From positions 1-33,175 of the forward strand of contig CAYPZY010000002.1 in the NCBI GenBank assembly GCA_964415155.1: a DNA stretch of 33,175 nt, written 5' to 3'. The notes below the pieces were generated by a model. That model was not told the DNA's origin. It searched no databases and worked only from the letters and a program-made list of their open reading frames with translations. The position numbers and the translations under genes are program-made. Positions 8,901-18,264 of the stretch are shown here, in pieces (the first letter of the stretch is position 1; each line of letters starts with the position of its first letter). Source of the DNA: an uncultured Bdellovibrionales bacterium. Lineage in GTDB: Bacteria > Bdellovibrionota > Bdellovibrionia > Bdellovibrionales > SG-bin7.

Positions 8901-9671
8901 ATGAAAAAAGCATTCTTTCATTTATTTATTAGTACAGCTTCGATCCTAATAGGACTTCTTTTTGCTCACTTTGCCCTTCGATTAGTAAGCCTTTCACAAC
9001 CTATAGCTAAAGCCAATCAGACTCATTGGTGGGAAAATCGTTTGGTCATTGCGCAAACAGAAAGCATGAGAACCCTGACAAGCGAACGCTTAGAAAGCCT
9101 TAAACTTCTTTTTAAAAAGTTCAAGAGTGACCAACAAGGCGCAATTTACCTCAACCTTGGTCCAGAAAATTATAATGAGTTACTGGAAAAACTGCCGGCT
9201 CTGTTTTTAGAGAATCCCGAAATAAAGTTCATCGTTAATTTTCGAAATTATAAAATGGACGTCGATCGCAAGATAATTCAGGTCATTGAAAGCAAGCTAA
9301 AACCCGATATTTTTGAGCGAATCATTATTGATAGCTCCTATGACAATGTCATTAAGGAACTCCGTAAAGCGAAATCGGATTGGCCGCTAGCAATAGGACG
9401 CGGGCAAGCGAGTCGTATGCTTCTATTAAACACACTCGGCCTAGAATCCGTCCCCCCAGTGGTAGGTGACGTTTACATTTTGGATTTCTTAAGCGAAGGC
9501 GATGAGATTTCGCCCAGACTTGTTAAAGAACTTCATCGCCGCAACATTGAAGTTTTTGTTGCACCAGATGAAACAGAATTACAATGGTCTACGCTGATAC
9601 AGGAAAATGTTGATGGCATCATCACTCGCGATGCTGAAAAGTTATTTCAGTGGTTAAGCAATAATCGATAA
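8901..9671 (+). CDS. Membrane-anchored GDPD-like (glycerophosphodiester phosphodiesterase fold) protein, probably catalytically degenerate.
   Basis: An N-terminal TM helix is present (FFHLFISTASILIGLLFAHFAL). The C-terminal VDGIITRDAEKLFQWL resembles the conserved GDPD end motif (DGIITD.P). The N-terminal H-R-G catalytic motif is replaced (LVIAQTES). The assignment is weak. Confidence 0.4.
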   Translation: MKKAFFHLFISTASILIGLLFAHFALRLVSLSQPIAKANQTHWWENRLVIAQTESMRTLTSERLESLKLLFKKFKSDQQGAIYLNLGPENYNELLEKLPALFLENPEIKFIVNFRNYKMDVDRKIIQVIESKLKPDIFERIIIDSSYDNVIKELRKAKSDWPLAIGRGQASRMLLLNTLGLESVPPVVGDVYILDFLSEGDEISPRLVKELHRRNIEVFVAPDETELQWSTLIQENVDGIITRDAEKLFQWLSNNR

Positions 9672-9719
9672 TGCATTAGCTCTTGCCCATACTTCGAATT
9701 CGCATTAACTTTTAAACAT

Positions 9720-10424
9720 ATGAATATTCAAGCAAATGGTGGAATTTTTCACTCAATCTGGTCAGCTGGTCTTGTCGTCCAATTAACATTGCTCGTTCTG
9801 ATATCTTTATCAGTCATTTCTTGGGCGATTATCATAGAAAAGCGTAAACAGTTTCGTTCGGCGCAACAAACAAATTCTCCTTTTTTAGATTCTTTTTGGA
9901 AAGCTACTTCTCTTGATTCCATCTATCAACAAGTTCAAACCAATAGCCAGAGCCCGCTCTCCCGTATTTTTAAAACTGGTTATGTCGAGTTGCAGAAGCT
10001 AGCGAGCGCACGACAGAAAGACGCCGATGAAAAAACCGGGCCACCACTCCTCTCTGGAATTGATAACTTACAACGCTCATTAACAAAATCTATTGACCAG
10101 GAAGTAGCGGTACTTGAAGAGCGCTTAAGTATTTTAGCAACTGTCGGTAGCACCGGTCCCTTTATTGGATTATTTGGAACAGTTTGGGGAATTATGAACT
10201 CTTTCCACCAAATCGGGCTAACGGGCGCCGCCAATCTTGCGGTCGTTGCACCTGGGATTTCAGAAGCTCTTATTGCAACCGCGATCGGTCTGGCCACAGC
10301 AATACCTGCCGTGGTGTTTTACAACCTATTTCTGACTAAACTTAAAAAGGAAGAGCTAACACTTTCAACTTTTGCTTCCGATTTTCTTAATATTGCGAAA
10401 CGAAATTTCTTTCGGGAAAAATAA
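9720..10424 (+). CDS. tolQ: Tol-Pal system protein TolQ (MotA/TolQ/ExbB proton channel family).
   Basis: Three TM segments are present. LATVGSTGPFIGLFGTVWGIMNSF and PGISEALIATAIGLATAIPAVVFYN are family signatures. tolR, tolA and tolB follow. Confidence 0.85.
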   Translation: MNIQANGGIFHSIWSAGLVVQLTLLVLISLSVISWAIIIEKRKQFRSAQQTNSPFLDSFWKATSLDSIYQQVQTNSQSPLSRIFKTGYVELQKLASARQKDADEKTGPPLLSGIDNLQRSLTKSIDQEVAVLEERLSILATVGSTGPFIGLFGTVWGIMNSFHQIGLTGAANLAVVAPGISEALIATAIGLATAIPAVVFYNLFLTKLKKEELTLSTFASDFLNIAKRNFFREK

Positions 10425-10858
10425 TGACTGTCGATACTGGTAAAGGCCGCCGATCAGTTCTTGCCGAGATAAACGTAACTCCCTTCGTGGATGTAATGCT
10501 CGTTTTACTGGTGATATTTATGGTTACCGCTCCTCTGATGCAACAAGGAATCGATGTGGAGCTTCCAGAGACGGCCGCCTCTGGCGTTGAAACCCAGACT
10601 GAGCCCTTTATCCTGGCTATCGATAAGAATGAGAAAATTATTATTAGCGGGGGCGGTAAGGATAAACAGAGAATCGAGATTTCCCTTGGTAAACTTCGCG
10701 AAAAGTTAATAGCGATCTTCAAGACAAGAAAAAATAAACAAATATACTTGCAGGCTGATAAAGCTGTAGCCTACGGATTCGTTGCCGAAACAATGGCTGA
10801 AATTCGCGGAGCCGGAATTCAAAGTATTGGACTTGTGACACTTCCAAAAACAAAATGA
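10424..10858 (+). CDS. tolR: Tol-Pal system protein TolR (ExbD/TolR family).
   Basis: LAEINVTPFVDVMLVLLVIFMVTAPLM carries the conserved Asp-containing TM. Its start shares a TAATG overlap with tolQ. Confidence 0.85.
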   Translation: MTVDTGKGRRSVLAEINVTPFVDVMLVLLVIFMVTAPLMQQGIDVELPETAASGVETQTEPFILAIDKNEKIIISGGGKDKQRIEISLGKLREKLIAIFKTRKNKQIYLQADKAVAYGFVAETMAEIRGAGIQSIGLVTLPKTK

Positions 10859-11586
10859 ATGCGATTAAAGCCATAATTTTAAATCCCCCGCGCAATAACA
10901 GCCTAGTTATGTCTGCGATAGCTCACGTTATCGTTTTTTTATTTCTCACTGTTCGCGCCGTATTTTTTCCGAGTGACGACATTTTAATTAGTAATGCCGT
11001 TAAAGTGGATTTAGTGGCTCTACCCGACAAAATCAAAACCCCGCAGGTCGAAGAAAAAACTGCGCCTGAAGAGCCTGTCGTTGAGAAAAAAAAGGAACCA
11101 ACCCCCAAGAAAGAAACCAAAAAGTTTGATCTAGAAAAAACTCGTCAAGACCAAATGAAGGCGCTGGAGAAATTAAAGTCTCAGTTAGCAAAAAATCAAT
11201 CCCGCCCGGCTGAAGACCAAAAGCCAGAATTGAAAAAACCTGACCCAGAACTATACAAAGGAAATATCTTGTCGCCCGGATCAGAAATAAAGGGCGTCGC
11301 TAAAATTGAATATGATAAGTACTTTGATTCGGTTCGCATCAAGATCAGATCCTTCCTCGTCTTGCCCCAGTGGCTAAAAGATGCTAACCTTAAAGCCCAG
11401 GTTTTGGTGAAGATAGACAACCGCGGTTTTGTCATACATAAGGCTTTGGTAAAATCCTCTGGTAATGACATTTATGACAATTTACTTTTAACCGCAGTTG
11501 CCAACGCATCACCGTTACCGGCGCCACCAGAGAGGCTGACGAATATTTTGTCCTTTACTGGTATGATCGTAGGCTTTCCCGAATGA
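10855..11586 (+). CDS. tolA: TolA-like protein: N-terminal TM, Lys/Glu/Pro-rich linker, TonB_C/TolA_C-like domain.
   Basis: The TM is SAIAHVIVFLFLTV. The linker is PEEPVVEKKKEPTPKKETKK...KPELKKPDPE. The C-terminal domain ends NASPLPAPPE. It has an ATGA overlap with tolR and sits before tolB. Confidence 0.65.
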   Translation: MNAIKAIILNPPRNNSLVMSAIAHVIVFLFLTVRAVFFPSDDILISNAVKVDLVALPDKIKTPQVEEKTAPEEPVVEKKKEPTPKKETKKFDLEKTRQDQMKALEKLKSQLAKNQSRPAEDQKPELKKPDPELYKGNILSPGSEIKGVAKIEYDKYFDSVRIKIRSFLVLPQWLKDANLKAQVLVKIDNRGFVIHKALVKSSGNDIYDNLLLTAVANASPLPAPPERLTNILSFTGMIVGFPE

Positions 11587-11594
11587 GGTCTGTT

Positions 11595-12998
11595 ATGAAA
11601 AAGATTATTGTCATAAGTCATTTAATAATTTTTGTATTCACCGGCGCAGCGTTTGCTCAAGAAAAAGAAGGAAAAATATATATTCAACTTGGCCAAAGCA
11701 CGATGGTCAAAAAAAGTTTACTTGCTCTACCTTCATTTCAATTCTTCGGCAGTACCTCTCTTGCGCCCAACTATGTTGAAGCGGGAAAAACGCTTTTTGA
11801 CGTTGTTAAAAACGATTTAGACGTAAGCGCTTACTTCACATTTATAGACAAAAACGCTTACCTTGAAGATCCAGACAAAAAGGGGTTAAAGCCTATAACG
11901 GCCGAACCAAACGGCTTCAATTTTGAAAGCTGGAAAAAGATTGGCACTGAATTTCTAATCCGCGCCGGCTATAGCATCAAACAAAACAATGTTGATTTCG
12001 AGGCCTATCTTTATCATGTGCCAACGGCAAAATTAATTTTCGGTAAAAAATACTCCGGCACGAAAACCAACTTGCGCGGTTTGGCGCACGGTTTTTGTAA
12101 TGATGTGGTTTTTAACCTGACCGGAAAAAAGGGTATTTTTAATACCAAGCTTGCGGTAGTCAGTGATCGCGGTGGCAAAGACTTTAAAGAGCTTTACACC
12201 ATGGATTGGGATGCTTTTGATGGTAGCGTTAAAAAAATCACCAGTTACAAATCCATCACTGCTTCCCCGGCTTGGTCAAAGGACGGAAAGAAAATTGCTT
12301 TCTCCGCATTTTTATTCCATCCAAAGCTTAAATCGAGAAATGCCGATCTGATGATTCATGATGTCTCTAGCGGTCAGATAAAAACACTTTCAGACGAAAA
12401 GGGAATTAATTCAGGCCCCAACTTTTTTCCTGATAACAAAAATCTTTTGTTCACACTCAGCCGCAACGGCAATCCCGATATTCACAAAATTAGTCTCGAT
12501 GGCAAACAACTCACTCGTATTACTAAAGGTCCATTGGGTGCTATGAACGTTGAGGCTTCCGTTAGCCCGGATTCTAAGAAGATCGCTTTTTCTTCTGACC
12601 GAAGTGGTTATCCGATGATTTACGTGATGGATGTCAATGGATCAAATGTGACACGAATGACGTTTGCAGGCCGCTATAACGCGGGTCCCGCCTGGTCACC
12701 CGATGGCAAACTCATTGCGTTTGCTGGCTTTGACAAAGATCATTTTGATATTTTTTTAATGAACGCTGACGGCACCAACATGCTCCGCTTAACAAGTTCG
12801 GAAAAGCGCGGTAGCAGTCGTATGGCAAATAACGAAGACCCCTCGTTCTCACCTGATGGCCGTCATATTGTTTTCTTCAGTGATCGCACCGGGAGCAAGC
12901 AAATCTATATCGTTAATCTCGACGGCTCCGATGAAAGACGTTTAACATTTGATAATTTTAACTACATAAAACCATCGTGGTCGCCTTACCTTGATTAA
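11595..12998 (+). CDS. tolB: Tol-Pal system beta-propeller protein TolB.
   Basis: Repeated WSPDGK-type blades are present: PAWSKDGKKIAF, PNFFPDNKNLLF, VSPDSKKIAFSSDRSG, PAWSPDGKLIAF, PSFSPDGRHIVFFSDRTG. I prefer ATG 11595 (GAGG 6 nt upstream, MKKIIVISHLIIFVFTGAAFAQ signal peptide) over the track start at 11583. Confidence 0.9.
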   Translation: MKKIIVISHLIIFVFTGAAFAQEKEGKIYIQLGQSTMVKKSLLALPSFQFFGSTSLAPNYVEAGKTLFDVVKNDLDVSAYFTFIDKNAYLEDPDKKGLKPITAEPNGFNFESWKKIGTEFLIRAGYSIKQNNVDFEAYLYHVPTAKLIFGKKYSGTKTNLRGLAHGFCNDVVFNLTGKKGIFNTKLAVVSDRGGKDFKELYTMDWDAFDGSVKKITSYKSITASPAWSKDGKKIAFSAFLFHPKLKSRNADLMIHDVSSGQIKTLSDEKGINSGPNFFPDNKNLLFTLSRNGNPDIHKISLDGKQLTRITKGPLGAMNVEASVSPDSKKIAFSSDRSGYPMIYVMDVNGSNVTRMTFAGRYNAGPAWSPDGKLIAFAGFDKDHFDIFLMNADGTNMLRLTSSEKRGSSRMANNEDPSFSPDGRHIVFFSDRTGSKQIYIVNLDGSDERRLTFDNFNYIKPSWSPYLD

Positions 12999-15432
12999 TG
13001 AGTTACTGCCGTCGGTAAATAGCTATAGCAAAAGCGATATCGATGCAGCCACTTCCGTTTTACCTGTTCTCACCCACTACCTACAGTTACTTGAAAGAGA
13101 TACCACCGATAAGTTTGAAATTTTACGGCAACGACGCCTGAGGGCCTTCGTTGAGTGCTCTCTTGCAAATTATTTTAAAAAAGTTTCAGCAGCAGTAGTT
13201 TGTCAATATTGGAGCGAGACCGCCGACAATATTATACGTGAAGTGTTTTGCCTGAGCGGACTAAGTCAACAACCCGTAGCTATTTTTGCCGTTGGCAAAT
13301 TGGGTGCACACGAATTAAATCTTAGTTCTGACATTGATATCATGTTTGTCTCTGACGACAATGCGATCGTTGATAAAAAGATTTTCTCGGATTTTGTAAA
13401 CACCTTATCCAAACGCACTGAATTCGGTTTTCTCTACCGAGTAGACCTTGATTTACGCCCGGGAGGACGCTTAGGTCCTACGATTGGAACGGTTTCTCAA
13501 TTCGAAGATTATTATGGGAACTACGGAGAAACCTGGGAGCGCTTAGCTCTCATTCGTTTACGCCCCATTACCGGCAAACCTGAAATCATTAAAAAAGTAG
13601 ACGCCTTTAGCCAGCGGTTCTGTTTTCGTAAGCACCTCGATTTTACTTTACTGGAAGACTTAAAGACTCTACGTGAGAAAATTCAACATCAATACCCGGC
13701 GAGAAATGACCAAACCTTCAACTTAAAACTTGGAGTCGGCGGAATCAGGGACATCGAACTTTTTGTCCATGCCTTGCAGGTCATTCATGGCGGAAAAGTA
13801 TCTAACTTAAAAACAAAATCAACCGAAGAAGCTGTTAGGGTTTTATCGGAGCAAAATCTTTTACAACAAGACGATGCCAACTTTCTCATTAATTCTTATT
13901 GGCAATATCGCCAACTAGAAAATCTGGTTCAATCCAAAGACGACCAGCAGACTCATATCTGGATTAATTCAGATTGGTCTCAATTTTATGACTGGAATAC
14001 GCTGGTGGGGACCGCCCAGCAGGTTGATAAGATTGTTTCCACTCTTCTCGGAGCGCCCCGCAAGAAAGATCAAATACCGGTATCTACAGTGGAACAATTG
14101 AAATGGCTAGGTTCGTTAGGATTTAACTCTGAAAAAATTAAAGATGATTGGAACAATCTTTTTGAGGCCAAAGTACTTTCTAAAAAATCTGATCGCGACG
14201 AAGAAGCTCGACGGATATTTTTACAAGATTTTATGATTGAACTCAGCAAAACGGATGGCGACAAAGACCTGGCTTTGGCACTTTTAGTTGATTTTGTTCG
14301 GGCGATTCGTGCTAAAGCAACTTTTTTTACGCTCTTTAATCGGCAACCTAATCTCATTCGCGAACTCTCATGGTTGCTTTCGACTTCACCTTATCTGGCC
14401 CAGATTCTTATTTCACGCCCCGAGCTCATAGACAGCTACTTTTTAAAAACTTCGGAGAGGTTCTCAGAAGACCTCAATGTTATGCTTGAGCAACTGGGAG
14501 ACTTTAGACTACTGAGCGACCTTATCAACAGTAGCCAATTTTTAGCGCAACAAGATATTTTCAAACTAACCGCATCACTTTCAGAAACCGCAGACACGGT
14601 TTGTAAAATGATTTTGCGAGCGACGCTCCAAGAGTTTCCCGCTTCGTCATTGTCGTTTCTGACAATGGGAAAATGGGCAGGACGAGAAATGGGGTTGCGT
14701 TCCGATATCGATTTTGTTTTTGTAACTGCTAATACGGTAACGCAGGAAGATCACAAAGTCGCACGTCGAATTATTACGAGACTTACGCAAAAAAACCGAG
14801 GCGGCTTTCTTTACTCGTTGGATTTACGACTACGCCCTTCAGGTAACGCCGGGCCGGTGATTGTCTCGCTAGAACAACTAGAGGATTACTTAAAATCAGA
14901 AGCAAAAATTTGGGAGAGACAGGCCTATCTAAAAGCACGACCACTTGCTGGCGGTGACATCCCGGTTTCCGCATGGGCGCAAGGTCGCGATTTAGAACCC
15001 GAGGAAGTTCAGGAGCTCATCTCCATCAAAGCGAAACTGCTTAAGCCCAAAGGAAAAGGTATCGATCTAAAATTCACACCCGGTGGTTTGGTAGATATAG
15101 AATTTACTTGTCAGTGGGAAATCTTGAAAAGCAAAGTTAAGATCAGTTCTGCTTCTACAACAGGTTTTATTTCCGATTTGGCCAATTGGTCCAGTTCATG
15201 GCGCTCGCACGCGCAGAAGTTAAAAGAAAACTATCTGTTCTTAAGAATTTTGGAACAGCTGCATCAGCTGGTGACTAATATTCCTGGTTCTTGCGTCGAC
15301 TTTCAAAATCCCGCTATAAAAGTCGTAGCTAGACTTTTGAGGAAGAGCCCAGAGGATCTAGAAAGCGACGTTTTGTCTATATTCAGTGACAATCGACAGA
15401 TACTTGATGCTCTTAACCCATTTCGCGGGTAA
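12991..15432 (+). CDS. glnE: Bifunctional glutamine synthetase adenylyltransferase / adenylyl-removing enzyme GlnE.
   Basis: Two nucleotidyltransferase modules are present. The first reads GKLGAHELNLSSDIDIMFV...YRVDLDLRPGG. The second reads GKWAGREMGLRSDIDFVFV...YSLDLRLRPSG. The start is uncertain: TTG 12991 overlaps the tolB stop, and there is no in-frame ATG for about 110 codons. Confidence 0.85.
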   Translation: MINELLPSVNSYSKSDIDAATSVLPVLTHYLQLLERDTTDKFEILRQRRLRAFVECSLANYFKKVSAAVVCQYWSETADNIIREVFCLSGLSQQPVAIFAVGKLGAHELNLSSDIDIMFVSDDNAIVDKKIFSDFVNTLSKRTEFGFLYRVDLDLRPGGRLGPTIGTVSQFEDYYGNYGETWERLALIRLRPITGKPEIIKKVDAFSQRFCFRKHLDFTLLEDLKTLREKIQHQYPARNDQTFNLKLGVGGIRDIELFVHALQVIHGGKVSNLKTKSTEEAVRVLSEQNLLQQDDANFLINSYWQYRQLENLVQSKDDQQTHIWINSDWSQFYDWNTLVGTAQQVDKIVSTLLGAPRKKDQIPVSTVEQLKWLGSLGFNSEKIKDDWNNLFEAKVLSKKSDRDEEARRIFLQDFMIELSKTDGDKDLALALLVDFVRAIRAKATFFTLFNRQPNLIRELSWLLSTSPYLAQILISRPELIDSYFLKTSERFSEDLNVMLEQLGDFRLLSDLINSSQFLAQQDIFKLTASLSETADTVCKMILRATLQEFPASSLSFLTMGKWAGREMGLRSDIDFVFVTANTVTQEDHKVARRIITRLTQKNRGGFLYSLDLRLRPSGNAGPVIVSLEQLEDYLKSEAKIWERQAYLKARPLAGGDIPVSAWAQGRDLEPEEVQELISIKAKLLKPKGKGIDLKFTPGGLVDIEFTCQWEILKSKVKISSASTTGFISDLANWSSSWRSHAQKLKENYLFLRILEQLHQLVTNIPGSCVDFQNPAIKVVARLLRKSPEDLESDVLSIFSDNRQILDALNPFRG

Positions 15433-15446
15433 AATAATTTTCAGGT

Positions 15447-16037
15447 ATGAGGATTTTTTTTAAAACATTTCTAGTTTTAACTTTAATTTCCACTCATGCG
15501 CTTGCAACCGATCGCAAGAAGGCATCTAGTGTTTATGCGCTGATCAGTACCAGCTTAGGTAATATCGAAATTAAACTCTTTCACGACAAAGCTCCAAAGA
15601 CGGTTAACAACTTTATCGGTCTTGCGGTAGGACACAAGGAATTTGTCGATGTTGAAATCAGAAAAAAGGTGAAACGTCCATTTTACAACGGCCTCACCTT
15701 TCACCGGGTAGTCCCAAACTTTATTGTTCAAGCTGGCGATCCTTTGGGTAACGGAACAGGCACGCCTGGTTACACAATAGATCAAGAAATTCATCCCGAT
15801 CTTTATCATGATCGACCCGGCGTTGTTGCTATGGCTGCAGCGAAGCCCGGAAAAAATGGCAGCCAATTTTATATTACGCTGAAGGATCTACCTGAGCTCG
15901 ATAAGAACTTTACGATTTTTGGTCAGGTAACGTCAGGTTTTCCAGTTCTCAAGGCGATGGCAAATGTTAAAAGAGATCTCAGTGATAGACCCATCACACC
16001 CATAAAAATCAATTCTGTTAAAATTATTTATCGTTAA
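15447..16037 (+). CDS. Secreted cyclophilin-type peptidyl-prolyl cis-trans isomerase.
   Basis: The signal peptide is MRIFFKTFLVLTLISTHALA. FHRVVPNFIVQAGDP and GSQFYITL are cyclophilin motifs. Confidence 0.9.
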   Translation: MRIFFKTFLVLTLISTHALATDRKKASSVYALISTSLGNIEIKLFHDKAPKTVNNFIGLAVGHKEFVDVEIRKKVKRPFYNGLTFHRVVPNFIVQAGDPLGNGTGTPGYTIDQEIHPDLYHDRPGVVAMAAAKPGKNGSQFYITLKDLPELDKNFTIFGQVTSGFPVLKAMANVKRDLSDRPITPIKINSVKIIYR

Positions 16038-16753
16038 AAACTATCTTGCTCTGACGTAATTAGAATTTCTATGCGCCGGTTTTTGCTGCGATTGCCTTCA
16101 TTTGTGTTGGGATAGATGGGCTTTTGATCTGCATACGAAACAGCAACAAGATTTTTAGCTTCGATCTCATGAAAATCTATAAGGTAGCGAACAATTTTGG
16201 CCGCCCGGTCTGCTGAAAGCTCCCAGTTACTGGCAAAACGATTACTTTTAATTGGCCGGTCATCAGTGTGGCCCTCGACAATGATCCTACCTTTTACCGT
16301 CTGCAAATAGGCGCCAATTTTTTTTAGTGCTTCCAACGATTCTTCGTTTATCTGTGAAGAGCCAGTTGCAAATAGCGCCGAAGCCAATAGCCGAATGCGA
16401 ATTCCCACGCTATCGTGGTAAACACCTTCAATAACCTTCGCTACTTCAGCACTATCACGAAGGCTTTCCAAAGCACCTCGCGAAGATGAACGCGGCATTT
16501 CGATTGGCGGTGCGATTGGGGTTGTTCCAAAATCCTGATCATTAAACGAGGTCCCACCGTTCATTCCTGCCGAAACACTATAAAGATATTTTCTTACCGA
16601 TTTTTCAAACTGCTTTTCTTTTTCAGGGTTGCGCTGGGCCGTGGCATACATAACTGTAAAAAACGCAAACATCAGGGTTATGAAGTCTGCGTAGGACACC
16701 AACCAACGCTCATGATTTTCGTGTTCCTCTTTAGGTCGACGCCGACTTGTCAT
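16034..16753 (-). CDS. motB: Flagellar stator protein MotB (OmpA-like C-terminal peptidoglycan-binding domain).
   Basis: HERWLVSYADFITLMFAFF is the MotB plug/TM with the conserved Asp. The C-terminal OmpA-like part reads GHTDDRP...NWELSADRAAKIV...NRRIEI. It has an ATGA overlap with motA. Confidence 0.85.
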   Translation of the reverse strand: MTSRRRPKEEHENHERWLVSYADFITLMFAFFTVMYATAQRNPEKEKQFEKSVRKYLYSVSAGMNGGTSFNDQDFGTTPIAPPIEMPRSSSRGALESLRDSAEVAKVIEGVYHDSVGIRIRLLASALFATGSSQINEESLEALKKIGAYLQTVKGRIIVEGHTDDRPIKSNRFASNWELSADRAAKIVRYLIDFHEIEAKNLVAVSYADQKPIYPNTNEGNRSKNRRIEILITSEQDSF

Positions 16754-17517
16754 TTTGTTAAGTCTTTGACGCGAATTTGTTTATAGGAATTCAATTTCTC
16801 TTCGATGATGTAGGGATTCATTCCACTAACGATACCAACTGCGCCTTGAACGATGAGTTCCTTGTTGAGGCTCTCTCTTTTGATTTTTCCCTTGATCTTG
16901 TTACCCAATGGTAGAAAGAGTAAGTTGGCGCTACCAACACCGTAAACCGTTGCCACGAAAGCCGTTGCGATACCGGCTCCAAGTTTTGATGTGTCACTCA
17001 AGTTTTCCATAACATGAATTAAACCGAGCACGGCACCAAGAATTCCTATGGTCGGAGCATATCCCCCAGCGTCGGTCCAAATTTTTGCTCCTGCAGCTAA
17101 CTCTTCTTCACTTAAGAAAATTTCATTTTCAAACATGTCCTTAAGCGTGTTCGGATCCACGCCATCCACAACATAGCGAAACACATTTCTCATGTAAGGA
17201 TGTGAAAATGAATTCAATTTACTTTCCAAAGTTAGAATAGATTCTTTACGCGCAATTTGCGCGGCCTGAACTAATTCGGCAATAATTTTTTCGGTAGGTA
17301 TAGAGATAGTTTCCTTGAAAGCCCAACGCACGAGATGTAGACCGTTGATTAAATTTTCCTTTGTCGAATTGAGCATAACGGCGCCGGCGGTTCCTAGAAA
17401 AACTATCAGAGCGGCCGGAAAAACCACCAGCGACAAGATGTGGCCACCTTCGATCACTTGTCCCAGTAAAATACCGCTGATACCTAAAGCAATACCAATT
17501 AGCGTAATTCTGTCCAT
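16750..17517 (-). CDS. motA: Flagellar stator protein MotA.
   Basis: 255 aa with four TM segments. GGYAPTIGILGAVLGLIHVM and ATVYGVGSANLLFLPLGNKIK are MotA/PomA signatures. Confidence 0.85.
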   Translation of the reverse strand: MDRITLIGIALGISGILLGQVIEGGHILSLVVFPAALIVFLGTAGAVMLNSTKENLINGLHLVRWAFKETISIPTEKIIAELVQAAQIARKESILTLESKLNSFSHPYMRNVFRYVVDGVDPNTLKDMFENEIFLSEEELAAGAKIWTDAGGYAPTIGILGAVLGLIHVMENLSDTSKLGAGIATAFVATVYGVGSANLLFLPLGNKIKGKIKRESLNKELIVQGAVGIVSGMNPYIIEEKLNSYKQIRVKDLTK

Positions 17518-17696
17518 GCCTGGCCTTTAATATTCTTCTCTGTGGCGGCAGATAAAATTTCTTCAGGGGTTTCCTTAACTAATATTTTTGCGCCATCAAT
17601 AAGGGTAATAACCGTGTCTGGAGTTTTTTCGATAAGCACCAAGTAATGGGAATTAACGAAAATCTTTTCACCATTAAGTTTTGTTAACTTAACCAT
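17499..17696 (-). CDS. flbD: Flagellar protein FlbD.
   Basis: MVKLTKLNGEKIFVNSHYLVLIEKTPDTVITLIDGAKILVKETPEEI matches the FlbD family pattern (LNG...TPDTVITL..G....V.E). It overlaps the motA start by 19 nt. Confidence 0.75.
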   Translation of the reverse strand: MVKLTKLNGEKIFVNSHYLVLIEKTPDTVITLIDGAKILVKETPEEILSAATEKNIKGQAWTELR

Positions 17697-17796
17697 GAGA
17701 TCATTTTGTCATAACTTAATATTCTTGAGTATTTGAAGCCGCTGATTTCGTCTTATGTCTGGGTGAGGACGATTGCCCTCACCGACGTACGGCGGG

Positions 17797-18264
17797 TTAG
17801 AAGTGGCGAATATTTTTCTCTTTCGCAAAACTTAGATCTGTTGTTGTTACCCGCAAACGATTGCAAAGAAACTTTGCCATCGACATATAAAAATTTGCTG
17901 ACATCTTTTCGTTACCACGAAGGAGTTCTTTTAACTTTTCAAACGGTAACGTGATGATGTCACACTTCTCTACGGCGCTCACTGTTGCAGAACGCTTTTC
18001 GCCGTCAACGAACGCCATCTCTCCAAAAAGAGAGCCGGTACCAAGAGTAGCAACATTGATTTCTTCACCTGTGCGGCCTTTTTGTTGAATTTTTACTGAT
18101 CCCATCTTGATAAGATACATTGCCTTAGCCTCGTCGCCTTGAGAAAAAATCTCATCTCCAGGTCCGTAACTTACCAATGAAGATTGTTTCGAGAGCGCCT
18201 CGAGATCTTTATCATTTAAATCCTTAAATAGATAAACACCTTTGAGAAGATTCTGAAACGACAT
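17797..18264 (-). CDS. Stand-alone cyclic-nucleotide-binding (CAP effector type) domain protein.
   Basis: LFKDLNDKDLEALS...GDEIFSQGDEAKAMYLIKMGSVKI...GSLFGEMAFVDGEKRSATVSAV carries the FGE and R-S-A phosphate-binding cassette. I prefer ATG 18264 (AAGGAG 5 nt upstream) over the track GTG at 18270. Confidence 0.8.
   Translation of the reverse strand: MSFQNLLKGVYLFKDLNDKDLEALSKQSSLVSYGPGDEIFSQGDEAKAMYLIKMGSVKIQQKGRTGEEINVATLGTGSLFGEMAFVDGEKRSATVSAVEKCDIITLPFEKLKELLRGNEKMSANFYMSMAKFLCNRLRVTTTDLSFAKEKNIRHF

Noticed and set aside
9980-15866. Shadow ORFs within tolQ, tolR, tolA, tolB, glnE and the ppiase gene: 9980-10297, 10387-10722, 10923-11120, 11196-11471, 11632-11820, 12163-12351, 14070-14357, 14783-14974, 15555-15866.
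   Set aside because: They overlap well-supported genes in other frames or strands and have no independent support.
16034-16753. The OmpA-domain protein considered as the missing Pal of the Tol system.
   Set aside because: It has the MotB N-terminal plug/TM (WLVSYADFITLMFAFF), no lipobox, and an ATGA overlap with motA. It is MotB, not Pal.
17733-17954. A 73-aa plus-strand ORF spanning the hairpin and the 3' end of the cNMP-binding gene.
   Set aside because: It is antisense to a motif-bearing gene and has no SD. It starts in the intergenic hairpin region.
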